Part shown: in pieces, positions 39,448 to 49,110 of the stretch
How positions within the stretch are numbered: the first letter of the stretch is position 1
How the letters are laid out: every line of letters starts with the position of its first letter
From: an uncultured Chloroflexia bacterium
GTDB lineage: Bacteria > Chloroflexota > Limnocylindria > Limnocylindrales > CSP1-4
Assembly: GCA_963746845.1 (NCBI GenBank)
Contig: CAVVCZ010000002.1
Span: forward strand, 231,361-295,360
Reading direction: 5' to 3'
DNA length: 64,000 nucleotides
Position numbers and translations under genes: made by a program
Notes under the pieces: model-generated
Told to the model about the DNA's origin: nothing
Databases searched by the model: none
Seen by the model: only the letters and a program-made list of their open reading frames with translations

Positions 39448-40920
39448 ATGGGATCCGCAGGCATCGCGCCCCGCCCACAGCTACTGACGTATCCCGATTC
39501 CCTCGGGGGGGACCTCCGAGCGCTCGGCGACCTGCTCGACGGCCCGCTGGCGGATCTGTTCCATGGGGTCCACGTCCTGCCCCCGTTTCCCTCGTCGGGC
39601 GACCGAGGCTTTGCGCCAATCGGCTATCGGGAGATCGATCCGCGGTTCGGGACGTGGTTGGACATCGAGCGGATCAGCGCTCGGCATGACGTCCTGCTGG
39701 ACCTGATGATCAACCACCTGTCGCGCAGGAGCCCCGAGTTCCAGGACTTCCAGGCCCACGGTCGTCGGTCACCCTTCGCGGACCTCTTCATCACCCTGGA
39801 CAAGGTCTGGCCGAACGGGAACCCGGTGGAAGGCGATGTTGCCCGGATCTTCCTGCGAAAGCCCGGCTCGCCGTTCACGACCGTGACGATCGAGGACTCG
39901 GGCGAGCAGGAACGAATCTGGACGTCCTTCGGCACCGCCGACTGGTCGGAGCAGATCGACCTGGACGTGACGTCGTTGGCGACCAGGTCGCTGATCAGGA
40001 GTTGGCTTCGAGACTTCGCCACGCACGGTGTTCGGATCGTGCGGCTCGATGCCGTCGGGTATGTCATCAAGAGGCCGGGTACGACCTGCTTCATGGTGGA
40101 GCCCGAGATCTTCGAATTCCTCGACTGGATGACCGACGTCGCGGGCGAGTTCGGGCTGCTCATCCTGCCCGAGATCCACGATGGCTACGCCACCCACGAG
40201 CGGCTCTCGGCCCGCGGGTTCTGGACCTACGACTTCGTTCTGCCGGGACTGGTCCTCAATACCTTCGAGTCCGGGAAGTCGAGACGCCTCGCGGATCACC
40301 TGGCTCGATCGCCGGACCGACAGTTCACCACCCTCGATTGTCACGATGGCATCCCGGTCCGTCCCGACCTGGACGGAGTCCTCGCGCCGAACGAGATGGA
40401 CGCGCTCGCACTGGGGGTGCAGGCGCTTGGCGGAAACGTGAACCGCATCCTGTCCGACGCGCACGCCGACGACGGCGATGTCCATCAACTGAACTGCACC
40501 TATTACTCGGCGCTCGGCGCCGACGACGATCGGTATCTCGCCGCGCGGGCGATCCAGCTGTTCGCCAAGGGTGTGCCCCAGATCTACTACGTCGGCCTGC
40601 TCGCGGGCGCGAACGACGATGCTGCCGCAGCGCGAACTGGCGACGGCCGGGCGATCAACCGCCACGACTACACGCGGGAAGAAGTCGAAACGGCCCTCGA
40701 TCGCTCCGTCGTCGGGCGCGTGATCGACCTGGTCCGGCTCCGAAACACGCATCCCGCGTTTGACGGGGACGCTTGCGTCGAGACCGACGGTGACACGTCG
40801 ATCCGGGTCCGTTGGCAGCACGCCGACGCCGCGCTCGCACTCGAGATCGACTTCGCCCGAGGCAGCGCCAGCGTCATCGACGACAACCAACGCACCTTGA
40901 TCGCGACATGGGGGACATGA
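39448..40920 (+). CDS. GH13_18 sucrose phosphorylase family, probably sucrose-6'-phosphate phosphorylase
   Basis: QLLTYPDSLG, DRGF, RLDAVGY, EIH, CHDGI and DVHQLNCTYY motifs. Confidence 0.85.
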   Translation: MGSAGIAPRPQLLTYPDSLGGDLRALGDLLDGPLADLFHGVHVLPPFPSSGDRGFAPIGYREIDPRFGTWLDIERISARHDVLLDLMINHLSRRSPEFQDFQAHGRRSPFADLFITLDKVWPNGNPVEGDVARIFLRKPGSPFTTVTIEDSGEQERIWTSFGTADWSEQIDLDVTSLATRSLIRSWLRDFATHGVRIVRLDAVGYVIKRPGTTCFMVEPEIFEFLDWMTDVAGEFGLLILPEIHDGYATHERLSARGFWTYDFVLPGLVLNTFESGKSRRLADHLARSPDRQFTTLDCHDGIPVRPDLDGVLAPNEMDALALGVQALGGNVNRILSDAHADDGDVHQLNCTYYSALGADDDRYLAARAIQLFAKGVPQIYYVGLLAGANDDAAAARTGDGRAINRHDYTREEVETALDRSVVGRVIDLVRLRNTHPAFDGDACVETDGDTSIRVRWQHADAALALEIDFARGSASVIDDNQRTLIATWGT

Positions 40921-40969
40921 CAGCCGCACGGGCAACGCAACGACCTGGCTCTTGAGACTCCTCGTGCGG

Positions 40970-41006
40970 ACAGCTCGGCCGGAACCTCCTCCTCCGGCCG
41001 AGCTGT
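40970..41006. terminator. 14-bp perfect hairpin after the phosphorylase operon
   Basis: ACAGCTCGGCCGGA-ACCTCCTCC-TCCGGCCGAGCTGT. Confidence 0.65.
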
Positions 41007-41244
41007 TGCGCTTCCGATCGCAGCCCAATCCCGTGGGAACGTGCAACGGTGGGTCGCGAGGCGAATCCGCTGGGCAACGAGATGCGCCGCCACGAGGCCA
41101 CGATCCTGGTCGACCGTGGACGAGGCCGTATCATCGGCCCTGCCATCGCGCTGGCTGAACTGCCCTCGACTGGCTCCAGACGGCCTGCCGGGACGCGACG
41201 GAGCTTGATCCGAGCGGTGAAGGCCGAGTGCACATGGCAGTGCG

Positions 41245-41319
41245 CAGGAGTTATGTGGGGTTCCTGAGCACGAAACGGCGGGGTGTGGCGTAGCTGGTTA
41301 ACGCACGTGCTTTGGGAGC
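41245..41319 (+). repeat. Truncated copy of tRNA-Pro 5' half plus leader (att-like scar)
   Basis: 41279-41319 is identical to 45088-45128; upstream GGTTCCTGAGCACGAAA is also shared. Confidence 0.9.
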
Positions 41320-41565
41320 CTTTCGGCCCGGAGCGGTGTTGCCATCGAGGTCTGCCGCACCGCGATGTCGAGCGAATTTGCCTCGACTATTGTGCGGTTC
41401 GCCAGCGCGAACCACGCGCCAAGTGGCTGAGCGCCGGCGGTGCTGGGCTGGGCCAGATCCCCAGGCGAAGCATCCCTTGGCGCTCGGCCTTCCCGGGTGG
41501 TGCGCAGGGATCTGACTTCACGATCGCTCGGGCACGCGCGATCCCTCGGGGTCAGTGGCCTGAGG

Positions 41566-42285
41566 TCAGCGCGCCGCCGGCGCAGGATCCAGGCCGGAAG
41601 GGGCCATGGTGACCGCCGCATCGCGGACACGATTCGCCCGCCGCCACATGGACACCGCCAGCGCGATGAGCGCGATCAGGAAGAGGACGAATCCCGCATA
41701 GACCAGGAAGCCGGCGGCCTCGGAGACGACCAGTCCGCCCAAGAGGCCGACCAGGACCAACCCGGCGGCGCCGGCGCACAACCAGCCGACGGCTCGGGCA
41801 TACACGCGACTCACCACGATCGCTGTCGCCATCACGGCGAGCGCCATGCCGAGCGCCAGGAGCCCGCCGAAGTTGATGAAGTCGGTGGCGGCGCTCACCG
41901 CGTCGAACGCAGCCAAGTACCCCGCCCGCGTGGCCGACTCGGTTGATGCCTCTTCGACCAGATTGGCGCGGCTCCCGCCGATCAGGGTCTGCGCGCAAGC
42001 CAGCGCCGCCGCGACGCTGATCATTGGCAGGCACAGGCGTGCCCACCCGGCGCCGTCGGTCCCCTCGAGCGTCATGAGCACGACGGCTACGGCGGGGACA
42101 ACGAACAGGATTCCGACGAGTTGAATGAGCAACCCCGCCTTCCAGATGTCAGCCGCGGCGACTGTTCTCGCCCCGACATCGGGCGGAGCGTTCCAGTCGG
42201 GCGCGAGGACTACGCCGGAGACCTGTCCGATGACAGAGAGGACGGCGACAATCGCGCCGACCCGGAGGATCGTTGGAGTCATCAT
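41566..42285 (-). CDS. Membrane protein, DUF4386-like
   Basis: About six hydrophobic segments; divergent from the two-component genes. Confidence 0.6.
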   Translation of the reverse strand: MMTPTILRVGAIVAVLSVIGQVSGVVLAPDWNAPPDVGARTVAAADIWKAGLLIQLVGILFVVPAVAVVLMTLEGTDGAGWARLCLPMISVAAALACAQTLIGGSRANLVEEASTESATRAGYLAAFDAVSAATDFINFGGLLALGMALAVMATAIVVSRVYARAVGWLCAGAAGLVLVGLLGGLVVSEAAGFLVYAGFVLFLIALIALAVSMWRRANRVRDAAVTMAPSGLDPAPAAR

Positions 42286-42316
42286 GGTCACGAGCCTGGG
42301 ACGGGCGCGTCCGACA

Positions 42317-42358
42317 CGCATCGATGACATCCCTAGATTTCGGGATATCACCGATGCG
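42317..42358. promoter_or_regulatory. Inverted repeat in a divergent promoter (candidate response-regulator site)
   Basis: CGCATCGATGACATCCC-N8-GGGATATCACCGATGCG, 15 of 17 positions complementary. Confidence 0.6.
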
Positions 42359-42389
42359 ACCCTGCGACCCGCGGTGGGATGATCCGGGC

Positions 42390-42752
42390 ATGCCGCGGAC
42401 CGTCCTCATCGTCGACGATCACGCGGGCTTCCGGCGCTTCGCCCGTGGGCTCCTCGAGGCCGACGGCTTCACGGTGGTCGGCGAGGCGGCCGACGGCGAG
42501 GGCGCACTCGTTGCCGCCGACACCCTTCGGCCAGAGCTCGTCCTGCTTGATGTCCTGTTGCCTGGCATCGACGGGTTCGCAGTCGCTGAACGTCTCGCCG
42601 GCACGGCTCAACCGCCGATCGTCGTGCTTACCTCCAGCCGCGCGGCCGACGAGTTCGGTGGGCGGCTCGGCCGGACCACGGCCCGTGGGTTCATTCGCAA
42701 GGACGACATCACTGGAGCCGCCCTGGCGAGGCTCGCTGGGCTCCGGACGTGA
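42390..42752 (+). CDS. Single-domain response regulator receiver
   Basis: LIVDDH, LLDVLLPGIDG, TS and GFIRK motifs; no output domain. Confidence 0.85.
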   Translation: MPRTVLIVDDHAGFRRFARGLLEADGFTVVGEAADGEGALVAADTLRPELVLLDVLLPGIDGFAVAERLAGTAQPPIVVLTSSRAADEFGGRLGRTTARGFIRKDDITGAALARLAGLRT

Positions 42753-44203
42753 CCGCCCGCATCGCCGTTCCGATCCTGGCGATCCTGGCGATCCCCGTGA
42801 TCGCGGCCGCGGCCCTCCTTGTCGCCCTCGACCACACCTTCATCATCGAGGAGCGCTCCAACCCCCTCGGCGGAGTGCTCGTCGATGCGATCTGGATCGC
42901 GACCGGGCTCGTCGCCTGGTGGCGCGTCCCGGACAACCGGACCGGCCCGCTCCTGACAGCGCTCGGATTCGTCGAGATCAGCGGCCTGCTGTACTGGGAT
43001 GCCGCGCTCCCGTTCACCCTCGCGGCGTTGACCTCGGCGTTCCTGTTCGCGATCGGGGTCCACCTGTTCCTCGCCTTCCCGAGCGGACGGCTGGAGACGC
43101 GGAGCGAACGGGCGGTGGTCGCCTTCGCCTATGGCGCCACGGTGATCCTCGCGCCGGCGGCGGCGATGTTCCGCGAGACCAGGCCGGGATGCCTGGCGTG
43201 TCCGGCGAACCTTCTCTTCGTCACGGAGATCCCCGCGCTGGCGGACGCCATCGATGTTATCGGCACGGTCCTGATCGTCGGCCTGCTGGTCGTGACCATC
43301 GCGATGGTGATCCAGCGCTGGCGCCATGCCGACGCCGACTCTCGCCTCGCCCTCGACCCGGTCATCGCCGTCTCGTGCCTCGCCACGTCGCTCCTCCTTG
43401 TTTCGATCGTCGCGGAAGCCCTGAGCCTGGACGGCGTCGTCGCGGCGACAAACCAGGTGGGCGGCACGCTGTTCGCGGCCATCCCGATCGCATTCCTGGC
43501 CGGGTTGCTGCGGGTCCGACTCCATCGAGCGCGGGAGGCCGACCTCGAGGTCGAGAGCCTCCAGGCCCAGCTGCAGGCCCAACTGGTCGAGGTCCGCGCC
43601 TCGCGTACCCGCATCGTCGAGGCCGGCGACGCCGAACGACGTCGGCTCGAGCGCGACCTGCACGACGGCGCGCAGCAGCGCCTCCTGGGCGTCCGACTGG
43701 CCCTGCGGACGGCCCGGATGCGTCTCGCCGATGGCAGTACCGACAGCGTCGACGGAGGTCTGGCGGCGGCCGACGCCGAGGTGATGGACGCGCTTGCCGA
43801 GCTGCGCGACCTCGCACACGGGATCCAACCGGCCGTACTCACCGAGGAGGGGATCGGACCGGCGTTGGCGGCCCTCGCCCGGCGGACTCCGGTCCCCGTG
43901 CAACTGGAGGTGAGCGCCGGCCGACTCCCGCCGGCGGTCGAGACGACCGCGTACTTCGTCGCGGCTGAGTCGCTCGCCAACATCGTCAAGCACGCCGGCG
44001 CGTCGCGTGCTTGCGTGTCCGTCGACGTTGACGATGGCGCCGTTCTGGTGGCCGTCGAAGACGATGGCTGCGGAGGCGCGGACGCAGAAGGGGCGGGTCT
44101 GCGCGGGCTGCGCGACCGGGTGGAGGCCGTTGATGGCCGGTTCTTCGTCGAGTCGTCGCCCGGCGGCGGCACACGCGTCAGCGCGACGATTTCGTGCGGG
44201 TGA
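42749..44203 (+). CDS. Membrane sensor histidine kinase (HisKA_3/NarX-like)
   Basis: ERDLHDGAQQ, ESLANIVKHA, DDGCG and GLRGLRDR motifs. Confidence 0.92.
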   Translation: MTARIAVPILAILAIPVIAAAALLVALDHTFIIEERSNPLGGVLVDAIWIATGLVAWWRVPDNRTGPLLTALGFVEISGLLYWDAALPFTLAALTSAFLFAIGVHLFLAFPSGRLETRSERAVVAFAYGATVILAPAAAMFRETRPGCLACPANLLFVTEIPALADAIDVIGTVLIVGLLVVTIAMVIQRWRHADADSRLALDPVIAVSCLATSLLLVSIVAEALSLDGVVAATNQVGGTLFAAIPIAFLAGLLRVRLHRAREADLEVESLQAQLQAQLVEVRASRTRIVEAGDAERRRLERDLHDGAQQRLLGVRLALRTARMRLADGSTDSVDGGLAAADAEVMDALAELRDLAHGIQPAVLTEEGIGPALAALARRTPVPVQLEVSAGRLPPAVETTAYFVAAESLANIVKHAGASRACVSVDVDDGAVLVAVEDDGCGGADAEGAGLRGLRDRVEAVDGRFFVESSPGGGTRVSATISCG

Positions 44204-44853
44204 TCCTCGCCGACGACGCGGTGGTGATCCGCCAGGGGCTGGCGAGGCTGCTCGCCGAACGCGGGATCGAGGTGGTCGGGCAGGCGGGCCAGGCGGTCGA
44301 GCTGCTCAGGCTCGTCGAAGCCGCTCGGCCCGACGTCGCAATCATCGACATCCGGATGCCGCCAACGCAGACCGACGAAGGCCTCGTCGCCGCGCGCGAG
44401 ATCCGGCGACGGTTTCCGGCCGTCGGCACACTCGTCCTGTCCCAGCACGCCGAGAGCGGCTACGCGTTCGAGCTGATCGCCGGAGCGGACGGATCGGTGG
44501 GCTATCTGCTCAAGGATCGGGTCGTGGAGGTGGACCAGCTCGTGGACGCCCTCGAACGGATCCGGGCCGGCGGCGTCGTCGTGGAGCCGACCCTCGTCGA
44601 CGGCCTGCTCGCCCGCTCGGGACGCCTCGGCGCGCTGACGGCGCGCGAGCGGGAGGTCCTGGCGCTGGTCGCCCAGGGCAAGACGGATCGCGGCATCGCG
44701 CTGGAGCTGGGAGTCACGCGCAAGACCGCGGAGGCCCACGTTCGCAGCATCCTGGCGAAGCTGGAGCTGCCGGAGGATGTCGCCGAGAACCGTCGCGTCC
44801 ATGCCGTGTTGGCGTTCTTGCAGGCGGGGGGCGGGCTCGGGCCGGTCGGCTGA
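44194..44853 (+). CDS. NarL/LuxR-family response regulator
   Basis: ILADD, DIRMPP, GYLLK and LTAREREVL HTH. Confidence 0.93.
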   Translation: MRVILADDAVVIRQGLARLLAERGIEVVGQAGQAVELLRLVEAARPDVAIIDIRMPPTQTDEGLVAAREIRRRFPAVGTLVLSQHAESGYAFELIAGADGSVGYLLKDRVVEVDQLVDALERIRAGGVVVEPTLVDGLLARSGRLGALTAREREVLALVAQGKTDRGIALELGVTRKTAEAHVRSILAKLELPEDVAENRRVHAVLAFLQAGGGLGPVG

Positions 44854-45087
44854 CGGGCAGCGTCGTCGGACTTATCCCCTGGACGGTCAGGTGACGAGGC
44901 GCGAGGCGAGGGGCGTGTCGAGATCCGACCGGGCCGTATGATGCATGCGGCTTGTCGGCGTCGTGTCCGGCTCACCTGGTTGTTTGAGGGCCGTCCACCG
45001 GCTGATCACCTTGTGACTGGAGCGGTGCAGGCCAGGCCGGGAAAGCCCGTTTCAGGAAGCATGTGTGGTTCCTGAGCACGAAATCGG

Positions 45088-45164
45088 CGGGGTGTGGCGT
45101 AGCTGGTTAACGCACGTGCTTTGGGAGCACGAGATCGTCGGTTCGAGTCCGACCACCCCGACCA
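45088..45164 (+). tRNA. tRNA-Pro (TGG), CCA encoded
   Basis: Acceptor CGGGGTG/CACCCCG, anticodon arm CGTGC-TTTGGGA-GCACG, T-loop GGTTCGAGTCC. Confidence 0.97.
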
Positions 45165-45464
45165 CTCCCTTTCCGGGTGATAGGTAGGCCGGTTCTCCGT
45201 TCCTCTCGCGGATGAATCTCCGCTCGTTCTGGTCGACCTCGGACGCGGACCTCACGTTGCGTCGAATGTCGCGCTGGCTGCTCCACTTTGCGGCCGAGGC
45301 CGTGCTGGATCTCACCGGACTGGTGGCGCTCGAACGGGACGATCTCGCGCAGGATTGAGAGGCGTCCACCGCTCGGCGATCACGTCGCTGGCGAGCGAGA
45401 CGGGTCAGATCTGCTGGTTCCATCCATCCGAGCAGATCGTCCTCGACCTGACCCGTGGGCAGGA

Positions 45465-46306
45465 TCAGCGTTCGGTTCGAATCGGGGTCTCGACCATCGC
45501 CGCAGCGGGCGACAGGAGCTTGAACACCGTCACGACGCCGAACCCCTTCAACTCGAGGTCGCTACCCTGATCGAAGGCGAATCCCGCGTCGGCCCCCATC
45601 TCGTGAACGAGATCCGAGGTCAGGACACCGCCGGGTCCGCGGCGTCGCAGATCCGGCTTGCGAGGTTGACGGTCGAACCGAACAGGTCGTCGTTGTGGTC
45701 GACCGGTCTACCGGCAGCGATCCCGATCCGCACTCGAAGCTCACGCGTCGCTCCGCCGGCCATCCTCGCCCCGAAGTCGTCCTGGATGGCCAGCGAGCAT
45801 CGGAGGGCATTCGCGAGATCCTCGAACGAGGCCATGAACCCGTCGCCCGTGTGCTTGACCTCGCGTCCGTGCCACGTCACCAGCGATCGCCGGATGATCA
45901 GGTCGTGTTCGGCGAGCAGTCTCATGTAGGCCTCCTCGCCGACCTCCTGGAGCAGCGAGGTCGATCCGGTCAGGTCCGTGAAGAGGATCGTCCGGAAGGC
46001 TCCCTTGACCTGCGTGTGGTCGACCGGATCGCTGACCTTCCCGAGGAACCGGAAGACGTCGCCCTCGGAGACGGCGATGATCTCGTTGGGGACGAAACCG
46101 TGCCCCTCCCGATGGACCGCCTGCAAGTCCTCCGGCCGCGAAGCCGTGGCGAGACAGAACACCTCACCATGCGCCGCATCGAACCAATAGGCCAGGAACT
46201 ACTTGACACCGTGCTTCGACTCGAGCGCGATGTCCGTGAGGTGCGCCCGTGCGACCTCCTCTGCCGTGATGCCGGGCAGGTCGTGACGGTCCATGTAGAG
46301 CGGCAT
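45465..46306 (-). pseudogene. DUF4242 (nickel-binding type) plus class III adenylate cyclase; in-frame TAG at 46199-46201 and frameshift near 45630
   Basis: MPLYMDRH...AH...YWFD...FCL N-terminal domain; FTDLTGST, KHTGDG, DLFGSTVNLASR and LKGF cyclase motifs. Confidence 0.8.
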
Positions 46307-46918
46307 CAGGGCGTCCCCTCGGACGCATGGGCGCCGCCGTTGCGCGATCGGCGCGTAGCAGGATGCACGGGCGTCGACGTCTCGGCGGCTTGCGAGAGGA
46401 GCGCGGTGTACGCCTCGAACGCGGCGTCCACGCCTGCCTGATCGCCCGTCCCGACGAGGTCCAACAAGAGGCCGCGGAACACCGCGAGACCGAGGCGCGC
46501 CCCGGCGCGCGCCACGGGGGGCGGGACGTCAGGCGTGGCGCCGACGGCGACCCCGCGTTCGACCCAGTCGTCCACGATCGCCGGCAGCAGCCCGGCGAAC
46601 GGCTCTTCGCCGTGCAGCGCGCGGGCGTAGCACTCGAAGAACAGGCGCTCGGCGGGCCACCGGCGGATCGCGAAGCCGCTGCCACATCGCTGTCTGGAGG
46701 TCGCCCAACTCCCCGTCGAGCGACTCCATGAACCGCTTCTGATCCTCCTCGACGGCCTCGACGACGGCGGTCATGAGCCCATGCCGCGAGCCGAAGTGGT
46801 GGATCAGCATCCGGTGGCTGGTGCCCACGGCGGCGGCGATGTCGCGCAGCGAGCGGTCGCCCAGGCCCTCGCGGGCGAGGGCGTCGATGACGGCGGTCAG
46901 GAGGTCTTGACGCTTCAT
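46306..46918 (-). pseudogene. TetR-family regulator, frameshift near 46660
   Basis: SLRDIAAAVGTSHRMLIHHFGS HTH; C-terminal RGLLLDL in another frame; TGATG coupling to the cyclase gene. Confidence 0.8.
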
Positions 46919-46929
46919 TTGGGGCGAGT

Positions 46930-46963
46930 GTACCATCTGGTACGTGTTGTACCAAGTGGTACA
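46930..46963. promoter_or_regulatory. Two TetR-type operator palindromes in a divergent promoter
   Basis: GTACCATCTGGTAC (46930-46943) and TGTACCAAGTGGTACA (46948-46963). Confidence 0.8.
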
Positions 46964-46993
46964 TCTACGTCCCAGAACAGGGGTATCGGAGCC

Positions 46994-47454
46994 ATGAAGA
47001 GCAGGTTCGCGGCCGAGCGCCGCATGGACGTCCCGGCGCAGGTCGCCTACCACTGCCTCGCCGACTATCGCGAGCACCATCGACCGGACGGGTTCCTTCC
47101 GCCGGCGTTCTCCGCCTTCGCGGTCCACCGGGGCGGCGTGGGCGCCGGCACCGAGGCGAGCTGGACCGTCGACCTGGCGGCGGCCGAACGCGCCGGATGA
47201 CCGCCACGATCACCGAGCCGGAGCCGGGCCGACGGCTGGTCGAGACCGGGGACGGCGTGGTCACCACGTTCACGGTGACACCGTCGGGCGCGGGATGCGT
47301 CGTCCGGTTCGACACGGTGTTCGACGAGCCCGGGTTGAGTGGCGTCCTCCTGCGGCTGTCCATCGGACGGATGCTCGGCCCGCTGTACGCCGACGAGCTC
47401 GCGCGGCTCGATGCGTATGCCCGCATCCACGGCCCGGTGGCGGCCGCAGCGTGA
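46994..47454 (+). pseudogene. SRPBCC/START-family protein, frameshift near 47176
   Basis: YHCLADYREHH...GGVGAGT then TEPEPGRRLVE...TTFTVTP in a shifted frame. Confidence 0.7.
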
Positions 47455-47514
47455 TGGCCGATGCCTCACCAGACCATCGTCCGATTCGACGATCAACATC
47501 GAAGGAGAAACGAC

Positions 47515-48705
47515 GTGAAGATCGGCATCAATGGCGTCGGGATCGCCGGACCGACGCTCGCCTACTGGCTGCGCGAATACGGCCACGAGCCCGTCCTGTT
47601 CGAGCAGGCGGACCGGCTGAGAACCGAGGGCTACGTCGTCGACTTCTGGGGCCTCGGCTACGACGTGGCCGAGCGGATGGGGATCATCGGCGAGCTGCGC
47701 GCGAAGGCAACCGAGCAGGAGCGGCTGCAGCTTCGTGGACCGCCGCGGAAAGGAGATCGCCCATCTCGATACCGGCAAGGTCCGGGAGCAGTGGAACGGC
47801 CGCTTCATCACGGTCCCTCGCGGGGCCATCTGCCAGGCGGCCTTCGACGCCTGCGGCGACGTGCGAGCCGAGTTCGGGGTTCACGTCGTCGGCATCGAGG
47901 AGCGCGCCGACGGCGTCGAGGCGGTCCTGTCCGACGGCCGGACGGAACGGTTCGACGCGATCGTGGGAGCGGATGGCCTGCATTCGGCGACTCGGCGAGC
48001 TGGTGTTCGGGCCCTCGAGCCAGTTCGAGCACTTCCTCGACGCCTACGTGGCCGCTTACCGCGGTGCGGACTATCCCCATGTCAACCCGGGCTGGTACGT
48101 CGCTCACTCCGTCGAGAACCGATGGGCGGCGCGGATCCAGCGGGTCGACGGGGTGACCGTCATCCTGCTGGTCTTCCGGGCCGGGCTCCTGGACCACGAG
48201 CCCCGGCACGACGAGGTCAACGCTGCGTTGCGCCAGGTCTACGCCGGCATGGGCTGGGAGGTCCCCGAGATGCTCGGGTATCTCGACGACGGCCCGGTGT
48301 ACTTCGATCGGGTGAGCCAGATCCGCATGCCGACGTGGTCCAAGGGCCATGTCACGCTGGTCGGCGATGCCGCAGCCTGTCCGTCGCTGCTCGCCGGGGA
48401 GGGCACCGGTCTCGCGATGATCGAGGCCTACGTGCTCGCCGGGGAGACTCCACGCAGCGGGCGGCGATGTGGCACTGGCGTTTCGACGGTACGAGGAGAA
48501 GCTCAGCGCGTTCGTCGCCGGTGAGCAGAAGGGCGCGCTCGTCTTCCGCTCCTTCTTCGTCCCATCAAGCCGCCTGGGCGTCGTGGCCCGCAACCTGATT
48601 ACCCGGCTCGCTGCCTTGCCGGGGCTCACGAAGGTCATCGCCGGGCGCACCGTCCCACCCTTCCCGCTCCAGGACTATCGGGTCGGCTCCGCGCCGGCTC
48701 GGTAG
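47515..48705 (+). pseudogene. FAD-dependent monooxygenase with about three frameshifts
   Basis: GVGIAG, GADGLHS and LVGDAA...GEGTGLA motifs in different frames; AAGGAG RBS. Confidence 0.8.
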
Positions 48706-49110
48706 CCTCGTCGGCGGCCAGCCGGCGAAAGCGCGCTCGTCGACCGGTCGCCCTCGAGCCACATGCGCCCGGTCTCGGGCCGATGTGGCAAACACGGCCC
48801 GTTCAGGCGAGACGTAAGCCTGGACTCGAGGACGGCCTGTCGGTGCCGGATGGGTCGACGCGCTGGCCATCTGCTGGGTGCTGAGACGCGCCTTCTCCCC
48901 TGGCCGTCGGCACAGCTGGCGCGTTAGGATTCGAGGGTCATGGATGCACGCGAGAAGATGAACGTGGCCCTTGGGCACACGTCGCTGGTGGTGGCGGCCA
49001 GCGACGGCCCTGGTGGATAGGTACGACCAAACCGCACTCCCACGTCTCTCGCGCGACCGACACACCGAATGATCTAGCCGGGCCCTCGCGCGCCCGCAGG
49101 GCGTCCTGAC

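Noticed and set aside
41279-41319. Second functional tRNA-Pro or a split tRNA
   Set aside because: No T-arm or 3' acceptor strand follows, and no separate 3' half is seen in the window
41007-41560. Integrase remnant next to the tRNA fragment
   Set aside because: No tyrosine or serine recombinase motif recognisable in any frame
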